Shown one piece after another: positions 44,057-54,098 of a stretch of 64,000 bases of DNA. The stretch comes from Clostridia bacterium (GTDB lineage Bacteria > Bacillota > Clostridia > UMGS1810): contig JAZNJU010000006.1 in assembly GCA_045578205.1 (NCBI GenBank), forward strand, positions 350 to 64,349, in the 5' to 3' direction. A program made the position numbers and the translations under genes. Numbering within the stretch: the first letter of the stretch is position 1; each line of letters starts with the position of its first letter. The notes beneath the pieces are model-generated. The model searched no databases. It had not been told where the DNA came from and saw only the letters and a program-made list of their open reading frames with translations.

Positions 44057-47000
44057 ATGTCACACGTACATAACATTACAGATACGGGCAGTATATTTGT
44101 TATTGATGCGACCACAAAGACAATAAAAAAACCTGCTGATGTGCCAAGAGTGGTGCAGGGAGACCACAACAGTGAGATACTTAGTTTTTCACTTAATGCG
44201 GTGTTGATTGAGGGTCATAATATGGCAGAATGTGACCGTTGTGAAATTCATTTTACCAACTTCAATCCCGAAACCGAAGAAAAGACAGAGGGAGTATATA
44301 AGGTTGAAGATTTAATGGTGAGCGAAGATGGTAGCAAGGTATTATTCTCTTGGAAAATATCAGATGAAGCCACGTGGATTTGGGGGGCACTTAGTTTTTC
44401 GGTAAAGTTCTTGTGCTTTGCAGAAGACGGAACAGTTTCATATGAGTGGAATACACTTACATCGGGTGGTATTCCCATTTATCCTGGCAAGAGCAATACG
44501 AGAACCGTTTTAGAAAAATACCCCGACTTCATAGAAAAGATAAAATTAACGGCAGATAAGTGTTATGAGACAGTAAACAAGACTTTGACTTATGAAATGA
44601 TTGGTGTAGTTCCTTCGCATAACGAATGGTTTACATTCACTCTTAATGCAGATGGAACAGGATATTCTGTTAAAGCCAATTTTGATAATGAAGATACAGA
44701 GAAAACGGATATTGTTATACCCTATAAGTACAAAGGTCTACCTGTTAATACAATATCAGCAGGTGCATTTGCAGATAAGGTTGGAGTGGTAAGTGTTGTA
44801 ATTCCGAATACAGTATCGACCATCGGAAGTAAAGCATTTCAAGGATGCTCAAGTCTTCAGAATGTTATATTGCCCAAAAACATTGCGGTTCTGAATTCTT
44901 CATTGTTTCAAGGCTGTACAGGGCTTACACATATTGACTTGCCAAAAGGCATAAAGGAAATTCAATACGATGTATTCCGTGAAACTGCAATCACACATAT
45001 GGATTTACCATACGGTATTGAGTATGTGGGCGAAACGCTTTTCTTTGGTTGTACCGCACTAAAAAGTGTCAACATTCCCAATTCTGTTAAGGAAATAAGA
45101 CCCCAAGCATTTGGGAAATGTTCAAGCCTTGTGGAAATAGTCATTCCAAACAGTGTTACTTCTATGGGAATTGGAATGTTCTCGCAATGTTCAAATTTGC
45201 GGTCAATGGTTATAGGAAACGGCATAACGACACTTGGTGGGCATTTTGCCTTGTATTGTGACAAATTAGAGCGAGTTGTTATTCCGTCATCGGTGACAAG
45301 CATAGAAAGTAATGCTTTTTGGAATAGAAGTTATGTGCCCAATCCAAACGTTACTTTGTATGTAGAGCAGGGCTCATATGCTGAGGAATATGCAAAGCAG
45401 TATAAGATGAAATATGTGTATAGTGAAGTTGGCAAAGATGCTATATCAGACAAGATAGCCGAAAGTCTTGAAGACGGTGGCACTGTCAATGAGTTTCTAA
45501 AGAATAATCAACCAGACTATAATCAAAATGATGAAACTAAGATTGACTATATTAAAAATAGACCATTTTATGAATATGTAGAGGAAACTACAAACGAGAC
45601 TATAGCATGTGAATTTACTCTCGGCGATTTTGCTTACTCTAATAAAACATATTTCTTGGGGCTAAAACCCGGGAACCCATATCAAATAAATCTTAAATGC
45701 TATAAAGATGATGAACTAATGAGTACTACAGAGGCTGAGTCAAAGGCAAGTTCTGTGGTTAAAGGTTATGGCGTATCTCTTACTTTGGATACAGATGATT
45801 ATTATATTAATATAGACGATAAAAGTGCTTCAGCATATCATAACAAATTTCCAGAACAATTCAACGGCATATATTTAAGTCAATACTGGAATTGGGTAGA
45901 GCATGAAATATTTGTATATGTAGACGGCATTGACCGATGTGTTCTGACAATAACAGGTGATTTTAGTAGAGTAAAGCCAAAATATCTTCCCACAAAGTTC
46001 ATAGAAGAGGGAGAAATATGTCCTCGACATTTAGGGAATTCAAATATACAAGCGATATTGTCTGGTTTATCCAAAGGGGCTGGGAATAACTGGCTTAGTT
46101 CACTGCGTTTGAAGAAAGACAGTGTCCCCTACATACTCGATGTAGATGAAAATGGTTTATTACGCACACGGCGTGAAAATGGTGATGGTTCTACATTTGA
46201 ATATGCAACAAGAGACGATGTCAAAAAATTGGCGCCACTGTCTGACTGGAATCAAGTTGACCCAACACAACCCGACTACATCAAGGGCAGACCTTTTTAT
46301 GAATCAAAGGTTGTTTTAATTGACGTCGATATACCACCTCATGACAACATAGATGAAACCGCTCTTTATTTTGATGTTGATAAGACGCTGCTGGCTGATG
46401 GTGCTATAGTGAGTTTTGAACTATTTGACGATGATGGCACTTATGGTGCGACACGAACTCTTACAGAAAACGACGAATTTCTCCAAGGAGCCCATTGGTA
46501 TGATGAACAGGTACAAGTGTTTTTTGTCTTCGTGACCGAAACAGGAATTTGTCTGCAAACACCTCTAATGATAAAACCTTTCAAATTCAAATTTACTGTT
46601 GTGACAAGAAAACTCCTGGACGAAAAATTCATTCCCGACACCATCGCAAGAACGGCAGATGTAGAAGGGTTAGAGAGCGTAGCAAAAGGTGCTGCAAGGT
46701 CTCATGTATATAAAACATATAAAGAAATGGCAGAGGCATTTGCGACTATGACCGCTGACGATGTAAGGGTTGGTGACCACATATATATTGAGCAATTAGG
46801 TGTTCCTGACTTGTGGATAAGCAAAGTGCACGAAACGCAACTTGAGGGCTATTATTATTACAATACTGATGAATCACTCATCCTAACGTTCGACGCGAAT
46901 GGAAGCGTGCCCGTTAATACTCCTTGGTTTGAAGTTTCTATGTCGGAATCCTCTAAGTTGAACACAGAGAATTCCACGCTAAAAGTTAAAATACCAGACG

Positions 47001-47146
47001 AATTTAGTGGCAACGTAACATTGGATAGTGAGCAACATTACCCATCAATGGCTATTATGAGTTATTACATTAACAAAGCAATTGAAGAAGCAATCGGTAC
47101 AGCAAACGCAGAACTTGAAAGCATACTCGCAGGAGGTGTTGACTAA
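44057..47146 (+). CDS. Multi-module receptor-binding/tail protein with BspA-type leucine-rich repeats
   Basis: About 1029 aa from ATG 44057 (RBS ggaggtg). The N-terminus VVQGDHNSEILSFSL is tentatively BppU_N-like. LRR_5-type repeats lie at approx. 44711-45325 (IPNTVSTIGSKAFQGCSSL..., IPNSVKEIRPQAFGKCSSL...). Two D[YW]NQ.D....DYIK.RPFYE junction motifs. Confidence 0.75.
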   Translation: MSHVHNITDTGSIFVIDATTKTIKKPADVPRVVQGDHNSEILSFSLNAVLIEGHNMAECDRCEIHFTNFNPETEEKTEGVYKVEDLMVSEDGSKVLFSWKISDEATWIWGALSFSVKFLCFAEDGTVSYEWNTLTSGGIPIYPGKSNTRTVLEKYPDFIEKIKLTADKCYETVNKTLTYEMIGVVPSHNEWFTFTLNADGTGYSVKANFDNEDTEKTDIVIPYKYKGLPVNTISAGAFADKVGVVSVVIPNTVSTIGSKAFQGCSSLQNVILPKNIAVLNSSLFQGCTGLTHIDLPKGIKEIQYDVFRETAITHMDLPYGIEYVGETLFFGCTALKSVNIPNSVKEIRPQAFGKCSSLVEIVIPNSVTSMGIGMFSQCSNLRSMVIGNGITTLGGHFALYCDKLERVVIPSSVTSIESNAFWNRSYVPNPNVTLYVEQGSYAEEYAKQYKMKYVYSEVGKDAISDKIAESLEDGGTVNEFLKNNQPDYNQNDETKIDYIKNRPFYEYVEETTNETIACEFTLGDFAYSNKTYFLGLKPGNPYQINLKCYKDDELMSTTEAESKASSVVKGYGVSLTLDTDDYYINIDDKSASAYHNKFPEQFNGIYLSQYWNWVEHEIFVYVDGIDRCVLTITGDFSRVKPKYLPTKFIEEGEICPRHLGNSNIQAILSGLSKGAGNNWLSSLRLKKDSVPYILDVDENGLLRTRRENGDGSTFEYATRDDVKKLAPLSDWNQVDPTQPDYIKGRPFYESKVVLIDVDIPPHDNIDETALYFDVDKTLLADGAIVSFELFDDDGTYGATRTLTENDEFLQGAHWYDEQVQVFFVFVTETGICLQTPLMIKPFKFKFTVVTRKLLDEKFIPDTIARTADVEGLESVAKGAARSHVYKTYKEMAEAFATMTADDVRVGDHIYIEQLGVPDLWISKVHETQLEGYYYYNTDESLILTFDANGSVPVNTPWFEVSMSESSKLNTENSTLKVKIPDEFSGNVTLDSEQHYPSMAIMSYYINKAIEEAIGTANAELESILAGGVD

Positions 47147-48660
47147 TGGCTACACTGAATGAGAATATTGCGAATGTTAAAAAGGATTTTGGTAGAATAA
47201 AAGGAACTGTAAACAACTTTTATGCTGAGTATGGCGAAGACCCTATTATTATGAGCGACACACCTACTTCCATGTATGGGGAAATAATCGGAACGCAATT
47301 TGCCGAACGTTTGGCGGAAATGGGCTATCAAGATGGACGTGAAGAGGGTGTCGAGGTTGGAAAATACGAAATCCTCTCCAACTCCAAATACATCCCCAAG
47401 TCTGCCATAGGCAAATTCATAAGCCTAACCGATGTCAGCGAAGTTGCACATAAGGTTAAGGTGTATGGTGATAACCAAGAGGTTGAGGTTTATGGGAAGA
47501 ATTTGTTGCCGTATCCGTATGCTCATACAACGAGAACGACGGAAGGTATTACTTTCACGGACAATGGTAATGGTACAATTACTGCCAATGGAACAGCCAC
47601 GGGAAATGCTTATTTTAGTTTAACAGAAACAAGCAGAGGAGTTGGGTTTAATGTTAAAGCAGGAGAGCAATATGTTCTCCGTGGTTGCCCTGATGGTGGC
47701 TCAACGTCAACATATATGGTCTATTCACAAAGTATTGGTGCACAAGATTATGGTAATGGAGCAATCTCAACCGTTTCGACAGAGGATAAATCCGTAAATG
47801 TTGCTATTGTTATATATAAGGGTGTTACAGTCTCAAATTTGATATTCAAACCTATGATTAGTCTTGCAAACATTTTCGATAAGACATACGAACCCTACAC
47901 CCACCAAACCATAACCGCAACATACACAGGAACAGAGATAGATTCTATGTGTCCTAATATGACTTTTATAACATATTCAGATGCGGAAGCGAATCTCCTT
48001 GTGGAATATTATTCTTCGTTTGGTATGGCTGAAAAAGATTTGGAAATGTGGAATGCGTTTACGAATTCGGGAGCAAGAGATGTTTATGACAGGGCGTTTT
48101 CATATTCCAACTATAGTGGTAAAACAATACCCAATGGATTGTGCAGACCAACACGCTCGTTTGGGTATATGTTCTATGCCTATGCAGGTGCAGAATTGCC
48201 TAAAGGCGTTGATTGTTCAGACTTTGATGTTACACAAACTGCAACGAATATTTTTGGATATGCTTCATACGTAAAGCACATATATGACATGGGTATTCCC
48301 GCACTAAAGTCATATAATGCTTGTTATAGAAATTGTAACGCCCTTAAAACAATAGACATTATAAGAGTGAATGAAGGAACAACATTTGACAACAACAGTT
48401 TCATTGATTGTATCAAACTTACCCACGTCATCTTCAGCGGAGTAATAGCATCCGACATAAACCTGCAATGGAGTCCGTTGTTGGATGATGAGAGTGCTGT
48501 ATCTCTTTTGAAGTGCTTAAAAGAGAACAATAATTATGTTGCCACTGTTACGTTACATCCTGATGTATGGGCGAGATTGGATGCAATGCCTGCCGAAACT
48601 TGGGGAGAAGCAGGAAACGCAAAGTCATACATAGCAAACAAAGGTTGGTTTTTTGCATAA
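47146..48660 (+). CDS. Tail fibre/receptor-binding protein
   Basis: 504 aa. The C-terminal half has LRR-like periodicity (..CYRNCNALKTIDIIRV..NNSFIDCIKLTHVIFSG..). Confidence 0.55.
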   Translation: MATLNENIANVKKDFGRIKGTVNNFYAEYGEDPIIMSDTPTSMYGEIIGTQFAERLAEMGYQDGREEGVEVGKYEILSNSKYIPKSAIGKFISLTDVSEVAHKVKVYGDNQEVEVYGKNLLPYPYAHTTRTTEGITFTDNGNGTITANGTATGNAYFSLTETSRGVGFNVKAGEQYVLRGCPDGGSTSTYMVYSQSIGAQDYGNGAISTVSTEDKSVNVAIVIYKGVTVSNLIFKPMISLANIFDKTYEPYTHQTITATYTGTEIDSMCPNMTFITYSDAEANLLVEYYSSFGMAEKDLEMWNAFTNSGARDVYDRAFSYSNYSGKTIPNGLCRPTRSFGYMFYAYAGAELPKGVDCSDFDVTQTATNIFGYASYVKHIYDMGIPALKSYNACYRNCNALKTIDIIRVNEGTTFDNNSFIDCIKLTHVIFSGVIASDINLQWSPLLDDESAVSLLKCLKENNNYVATVTLHPDVWARLDAMPAETWGEAGNAKSYIANKGWFFA

Positions 48661-48669
48661 GAAAGGAGA

Positions 48670-48975
48670 ATGTGTATGTATAAAGATATTGAAAGTAAAA
48701 TACCAAATACCACAATGCGAAAAATTGTCAACAATGATGGAGTGGAATTGTGCATAGAGATAACACCTATCGAGGGGTACGAAACACACCACTGTGCAAG
48801 ATGTTGGGAAGATGAAGATATAGAAACGGGCGAAAAAACCTTTGTACACGGCTACAGCACGGCTTCTTGTACCGTTCCGATTGATTATGACTTCGAGAAC
48901 ACCAAAGAAATTGACGGTCACACCGCCTATGGAGAAAAGGAGATATTTGCAAGAAGCATAAAAGAGAGAGGATGA
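48670..48975 (+). CDS. Hypothetical tail-module protein
   Basis: 101 aa. Confidence 0.45.
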   Translation: MCMYKDIESKIPNTTMRKIVNNDGVELCIEITPIEGYETHHCARCWEDEDIETGEKTFVHGYSTASCTVPIDYDFENTKEIDGHTAYGEKEIFARSIKERG

Positions 48976-48980
48976 TTTAA

Positions 48981-49937
48981 ATGAAACCAAGAATTTCGGG
49001 ACCATATCCCGTGCTTAATGTGCGAGGCAAAATACCTCAGAGGTATTTTGACGAGAATAATAGTCACGTCGACTACAACCAAAACGACCCAACACAACCC
49101 GACTATATGAAGAACAGACCGTTTTACGCACAACAACAAATAGTTGCTCAAGCGAACCTATCTGAACTCACTCTTGAAGAAACAGGCGAATATTTTATAC
49201 CCAACACAGACATTTCTTTTCTTCAAGATGGTGATGTTCTGCACATTGAGGTAAACGATAACGGTACCGTGTACAAAACCGAAGGAACTATTGAGTTTTA
49301 CAATGATATCCCTGCGTTTGTCGATGTACACATAAGCGTTCGTGATTACACGTGGCTTGTAGGATTCGATGACGATAAGCGGGTTTTTGTTGTTGCCGAC
49401 GTTGTTGATGGCGTATCTCTTAAGATATATAAGGAATCTGTTAAGAAACTTGATGAAAAATTCTTGCCTGAATGCACAGTCCCTTATATTTATAATGAAT
49501 ACGGAGTACAAATAGAGACGTTACCTTCAGGAGCATATGTTTTACACGGGTGGCTTATAACACATTTAGGGACGCTAATTCATAATTTCGACAGTCCTAC
49601 GCTTTGCCAGATATACAAACACACAGATTATATGTCCCAACTTGTTTGGACTAGTGTTTCAGGTCTGGAGGATTATTCTGTAAATCTCATGACTATCATG
49701 AATGGTGAAATAGCAGACACACAAAAAGTCAATTTATACGGAGGTATTCCAGAAGTTACTAATGTAATGGGTACGTATGATTATACCGCTTACAATGATA
49801 TGATTCCGACTGTAGGTACTATTAAAGACTATATAGCCTATTTGCCACAACCTCAGATAACATTAGCATCTGAAGACGGCAAATACTATGTAATAACCGT
49901 CGGTACAGACGGGAACCTGAAAGCAACACCTATGTAA
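48981..49937 (+). CDS. Tail fibre protein carrying the DYNQND..PDYMKNRPFY junction motif near its N-terminus
   Basis: 318 aa. Motif at 49071-49130. Confidence 0.55.
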   Translation: MKPRISGPYPVLNVRGKIPQRYFDENNSHVDYNQNDPTQPDYMKNRPFYAQQQIVAQANLSELTLEETGEYFIPNTDISFLQDGDVLHIEVNDNGTVYKTEGTIEFYNDIPAFVDVHISVRDYTWLVGFDDDKRVFVVADVVDGVSLKIYKESVKKLDEKFLPECTVPYIYNEYGVQIETLPSGAYVLHGWLITHLGTLIHNFDSPTLCQIYKHTDYMSQLVWTSVSGLEDYSVNLMTIMNGEIADTQKVNLYGGIPEVTNVMGTYDYTAYNDMIPTVGTIKDYIAYLPQPQITLASEDGKYYVITVGTDGNLKATPM

Positions 49938-49959
49938 TAAATAAAAGGAGTGTATTTAA

Positions 49960-50256
49960 ATGGGATTTAAAACAACAAACTACGAGGCAAAGGCTTACGG
50001 AATAACTATTCCCGAAGCATATGCAAGAATAACAAATGTAAATGTAAATGTAGACGGCACGGCTGATGCAATGTTCGAAATACAGCAGAACAGAGAGAAT
50101 GTCGGTACAAAGAAATCTCTTTCATTAGTTCCTTTCAGATGTGAAATTGATAAGGAACAGCCTCTCCACAAGCAAATTTATGAAAAAGCAAAAGAGGGTT
50201 ATTTCAAAGAGTGGGAAGATGATATTGTGGAGGTGACAGGAGATGCTGGTATCTGA
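49960..50256 (+). CDS. Hypothetical phage protein
   Basis: 98 aa. Confidence 0.45.
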   Translation: MGFKTTNYEAKAYGITIPEAYARITNVNVNVDGTADAMFEIQQNRENVGTKKSLSLVPFRCEIDKEQPLHKQIYEKAKEGYFKEWEDDIVEVTGDAGI

Positions 50257-50560
50257 CCTTATTTCCAAAATAATTCTTATAGGCTCGCTCATAACGGCTC
50301 TTAGCGTGATTATAGGGGTTTTCACAGTAGCAATGAACCTTGTGCTTAAGCCTATTAAAAAGGATATGCGAAAAAATGACGTGAGGCAGTGCAGGATATT
50401 TCTTGTTGATTTCCTTTGTGATGTGGAGGCTGGTGTGTCAAAGGACGAAGCACAGTGGAAGTTGGCACATGAGATATATGACCATTACGAAAAGGACCTT
50501 AAGGAAAATTCATATGTCCACGACAAATGGGAGCGCGTTGTAGGGCACGGAAACAACTAA
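50243..50560 (+). CDS. Single-TM membrane protein (lysis-associated candidate)
   Basis: 105 aa, N-terminal TM helix. Immediately upstream of the holin. Confidence 0.45.
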   Translation: MLVSDLISKIILIGSLITALSVIIGVFTVAMNLVLKPIKKDMRKNDVRQCRIFLVDFLCDVEAGVSKDEAQWKLAHEIYDHYEKDLKENSYVHDKWERVVGHGNN

Positions 50561-50580
50561 ATTACGGAGGTAAAATACAT

Positions 50581-50901
50581 ATGGACAAGTTTATTTGTGT
50601 AATCATTTTTCTGCTCGGATTTGTGGCATTTTTTGTGTCTGTAGTTACCGAACTTACAAAAGAGATGTCGCTCTTAAAAAGGATACCTACAATATGGCAG
50701 GTGGTGGTACTATCTGTTAATGTATGGATTTTGATATTCTTCACTGCCTGCAGTCTGGGATATTGCCAAAGAGAATGGTATTTGCTTGTGGCTTCCGTAA
50801 TGGCAGGGTTTATGAGTGCGTTTATTGCTTCGTACGGTTGGGAGAAATTATATGTAAGATTTAAAGAGTATGTAAGAGGAGCGGATTCCAATGGTAAATA
50901 A
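50581..50901 (+). CDS. Holin
   Basis: 106 aa from ATG 50581 (RBS ggaggt). Three hydrophobic helices and a charged C-terminus. Directly precedes the endolysin. Confidence 0.7.
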   Translation: MDKFICVIIFLLGFVAFFVSVVTELTKEMSLLKRIPTIWQVVVLSVNVWILIFFTACSLGYCQREWYLLVASVMAGFMSAFIASYGWEKLYVRFKEYVRGADSNGK

Positions 50902-51601
50902 ACTCATACAAATCGCCCTTGCCGAAGTTGGATATCTTGAGAAGCGAAGTGCCGCTTCTCTTGATTCCAAAATCGACAATGCAGGGAGTAAGAATTACAC
51001 CAAGTATGCAAGGGATATGTGCAAATGCCACGCAGGAATATATGTCAACGGTTATGCCTGGTGTGACACCTTTGTAGACTGGTGCATGGTACAAGCCTTT
51101 GGTGTGGACAAGGCTCTGGAACTCATACACGGTTGGAGTGCATATACGCCTACATCTGCTTCGTACTATAAGCAACATGGCGAATGGCACAGCACACCTA
51201 AAAAGGGCGACCAGATATTTTTTAAAGACAGCACCGGCACTATATGTCACACGGGCATAGTTTACGATGTAGACAGTAACTATGTTTACACTGTAGAGGG
51301 TAACACCTCAACACAAAGCGGTGTTGTGGCAAACGGCGGTGCAGTCGCAAAGAAAAAATATGCTCTAACCTATAACAGAATAGCAGGATATGGAAGACCG
51401 AAGTATCCTGTTGCAAAGGAGGAAACAAAGAAGATGATTTATAACACTGTTAACGATTGCCCGGCATGGGCGAGACCTTATGTGCAGAAAGCCGTAGACA
51501 ATGGGTACATAAAAGGAGATGGCACAGGCAGTCTTAATCTCAACGATATGAAGATATGGTGCCTTGTGGTAATGCTCCGAATGTGCGGCATAATGGAGTG
51601 A
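50891..51601 (+). CDS. Endolysin: CHAP-type amidase/peptidase + C-terminal wall-binding (SLH-like) segment
   Basis: 236 aa. ...NGYAWCDTFVDWC... (Cys), ...ICHTGIVYDV...EGNTS (His). C-terminus WARPYVQKAVDNGYIKGDGTGSLNLND. Confidence 0.8.
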   Translation: MVNKLIQIALAEVGYLEKRSAASLDSKIDNAGSKNYTKYARDMCKCHAGIYVNGYAWCDTFVDWCMVQAFGVDKALELIHGWSAYTPTSASYYKQHGEWHSTPKKGDQIFFKDSTGTICHTGIVYDVDSNYVYTVEGNTSTQSGVVANGGAVAKKKYALTYNRIAGYGRPKYPVAKEETKKMIYNTVNDCPAWARPYVQKAVDNGYIKGDGTGSLNLNDMKIWCLVVMLRMCGIME

Positions 51602-51605
51602 TACC

Positions 51606-51821
51606 ATGAGCGAAAAGAAAAAAGGCAGATTCAGTAAGGTTATAGTAGTTTTCTGCATACTCGAAATGGCATTTATGCAAATATGGGCCATGCGGATTGC
51701 AAGCCACAATTCATTCCTTACGGACGGCCTTATAGTTGCAAATCACGCAGTGTTCGGAGGGGAACTTCTGATGCTGTGTGTTAAGAGGATATTTGCAGGA
51801 AGAGAAAATAAAGATAAATGA
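51606..51821 (+). CDS. Small two-TM membrane protein (second holin/antiholin candidate)
   Basis: 71 aa. Confidence 0.4.
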   Translation: MSEKKKGRFSKVIVVFCILEMAFMQIWAMRIASHNSFLTDGLIVANHAVFGGELLMLCVKRIFAGRENKDK

Positions 51822-51824
51822 GAG

Positions 51825-51855
51825 AAATGCCGAGGTTGAAGCCTCGGCATTTTTA
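51825..51855 (+). terminator. Rho-independent terminator closing the lysis cassette
   Basis: 11-bp stem aaatgccgagg/cctcggcattt followed by a T-run. Confidence 0.75.
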
Positions 51856-51868
51856 TGCGTAACTGTTC

Positions 51869-51886
51869 AAATTGTCCGATAACCGA
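51869..51886 (+). promoter_or_regulatory. Conserved motif aattgtccgataacNgac, copy 2 (upstream of the post-lysis operon)
   Basis: The 14 nt are identical to 32047-32060. Its 3' half forms the left arm of a 13-bp hairpin (gataaccgactat 51877-51889 with atagtcggttatt 51914-51926) ending just before RBS gggagg. Confidence 0.45.
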
Positions 51887-51943
51887 CTATGCAAACTGAG
51901 ATAATTGATTTAGAATAGTCGGTTATTTTCGGGAGGTGGTTTA

Positions 51944-52615
51944 GTGCCGGATATTTCAAGGAGTAAATTCAGAAGTTTAATTCCCGATATCTCACTAAAA
52001 ACAAACTATGAGAGTCCTCTTAAAAAGTTGGGATTTTCTGCTGTGTCGGGAGCAGATGAACGCAAGAATGCATTGTTAAGCAAGTATAAGGCATATGCAG
52101 GCATGGGTCAGCAAAATTCAAATGCTACATCGGTGTCAACTATTACAAGGCAAGGTGCTGTATCGTCAAGTTATACTCCCGGCAGCAGGGTGGCTAATTC
52201 GGCTTCATACAATAACGATGCCGCCAAAGGACAATGTGTTTGGTATGTGCGAGGACGGGCAAAAGAAAAACTTGGTGTAGACACAGGTGCTATTGGTAAT
52301 GCAAATGAAATGTATTATAACGCAAAAGACTCTGCAAAGGTCTCTGCGAGTGCTGAGAACATAAAACCCAATATGATTGTTTCTTACAGTAAAGGTACAG
52401 GCTCTGCAGGTCAGACATACGGGCACGTAATATTCATTGAAGATGTTGTTGGAGATACGGTGTACTACACAGAAGGTGGAAGCGGATACTATCAAAATGG
52501 TACAGACGGAGTGGTAAAAACTGCAACAAAACAGGGTATTCTCGATGGCGTGAACACTTCGGGTGCAAGAATGGGAAGCGGAGTGTTGGGATTTATTGAT
52601 TTGACTAAATATTAA
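51944..52615 (+). CDS. CHAP-domain peptidoglycan hydrolase (virion-associated candidate)
   Basis: 223 aa, GTG start with RBS gggaggtgg. ...AAKGQCVWYVRGR... (Cys), ...YGHVIFIEDV... (His). Confidence 0.75.
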   Translation: MPDISRSKFRSLIPDISLKTNYESPLKKLGFSAVSGADERKNALLSKYKAYAGMGQQNSNATSVSTITRQGAVSSSYTPGSRVANSASYNNDAAKGQCVWYVRGRAKEKLGVDTGAIGNANEMYYNAKDSAKVSASAENIKPNMIVSYSKGTGSAGQTYGHVIFIEDVVGDTVYYTEGGSGYYQNGTDGVVKTATKQGILDGVNTSGARMGSGVLGFIDLTKY

Positions 52616-52632
52616 AAGAGGAGTGAAGAGGA

Positions 52633-54081
52633 ATGGCTACAAAATATAGTCCATATGAATCTATCAAAAGTATTTATGACTTAAAAAAACAATGGGATGA
52701 CGAAAACAAGGCGGGAAACAGAAGCGGTGCAAGTGCTGTGGCACAAAACGCACAGCGATATTACAACGACCTAAAAAACAATGGATATGCTGATGTGGCA
52801 GAACAATTAAGTAAGGTCGATTATACCGGGGCAAAAGGCATACTTGATAAATATGCCGGAACTGGAGGCAAAACGGCAATAAGACCGTTTTTTCAAACAC
52901 TTGCTAAGTCTGCGAACCTTTCCGGAGATGAAGTAAACAATCTCATAAAATATGATGATAAGACAGGACACGTTTCATTTGCAGGAACTGACATTGGAAG
53001 ACCTGATGCGGCATCAGACGGTGTTTCTTACTGGGACAAAGACTATCTTAAGGGTGTTTGGGACAATTATGTGAAGAACAGCAAAGCAAACGACTACAAC
53101 GGTGTAAAAGGAAATGCCACTTACAACGATAGAATGGAAAGTTCTTCTAAAAAGAGCGATGAACAATATAATCAACTCAATGAACACAATGCATATGTCA
53201 GGAATGAATATGAAAAACTTCTGGCTCTTGCAAATACACCTTACTCAGAAAGTGAAGAGTACAAGACGGCTATGAAGGCAGTAATGCCGTATTACGATTA
53301 CGCCGGATACAAAGCATCTTATGGCGTCGCTGCCGATGGTGCTTCAACAAATAGCGGAAATGTGGACACATTTGCGGCTGCAAATGCAGCAAGACAACGT
53401 AATGCGCAGATATCGCAGGGAGCACAGATGGCATACCAACTTGGGTTGGCGCCTTATCAACAGAGGATTGAAAATATAAATAATATACTTTCTTCAATAG
53501 GTGCACAGAGAGAATCAATTACAGGTCAGCAGAATTCCAATATTACCAACGATATGACAATGGCGCAGATGGCATTTGATAACGGAGAGACACAGAGAAT
53601 AAACGAACACACTATGAACGAAGAGAAGTTGAATAATGCTACTGCAAGGAAAGAGGTTGATGCCGGTATAGAACTTGCTAAGGATACGCTTGCTGTGAAT
53701 AAGGAAGTTGATATGGCAAAGATTAATTCAAGTTCAAAACTCCAAGAACTTTCGAATGCATTGAACTTATCGCAAGAAGAGGCTAGACAAGCCATGTTTA
53801 CACTTTATGATAATTATTTGAAACACTGGGCGGTAGGCGATAAGGTGAGAAACTATATGGATGATGTAGTATTGCCTATTCTCATGGGTGAAAAAGAGAT
53901 GACACCCGCACAATTACAAACTGATATTGTTGCTAATACAGAAAAATACAATATTGATGTCGATGATGCAAAATATATATTGGGCGAGATATTTGGAGTG
54001 ACAGATTTATCTTGGTTAGATGATTATGAGGACAGGACCGGTGATGACCAATATAAAGGTATGCGTCCAAAGAGTAATTAG
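52633..54081 (+). CDS. Helical Asn/Gln/Ala-rich protein (internal virion/ejection protein candidate)
   Basis: 482 aa. No motif recognised. Confidence 0.5.
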   Translation: MATKYSPYESIKSIYDLKKQWDDENKAGNRSGASAVAQNAQRYYNDLKNNGYADVAEQLSKVDYTGAKGILDKYAGTGGKTAIRPFFQTLAKSANLSGDEVNNLIKYDDKTGHVSFAGTDIGRPDAASDGVSYWDKDYLKGVWDNYVKNSKANDYNGVKGNATYNDRMESSSKKSDEQYNQLNEHNAYVRNEYEKLLALANTPYSESEEYKTAMKAVMPYYDYAGYKASYGVAADGASTNSGNVDTFAAANAARQRNAQISQGAQMAYQLGLAPYQQRIENINNILSSIGAQRESITGQQNSNITNDMTMAQMAFDNGETQRINEHTMNEEKLNNATARKEVDAGIELAKDTLAVNKEVDMAKINSSSKLQELSNALNLSQEEARQAMFTLYDNYLKHWAVGDKVRNYMDDVVLPILMGEKEMTPAQLQTDIVANTEKYNIDVDDAKYILGEIFGVTDLSWLDDYEDRTGDDQYKGMRPKSN

Positions 54082-54098
54082 TTATTGGGGGTACAGAT

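Noticed and set aside
44057-49937. Additional DGR variable regions at the 3' ends of tail and fibre genes
   Set aside because: Reading the 3' ends of the 44057, 47146 and 48981 genes by eye, I did not see the TR flanks (tgcgtttcgcct / ggcgttcgcccgt). A computational search should confirm this.
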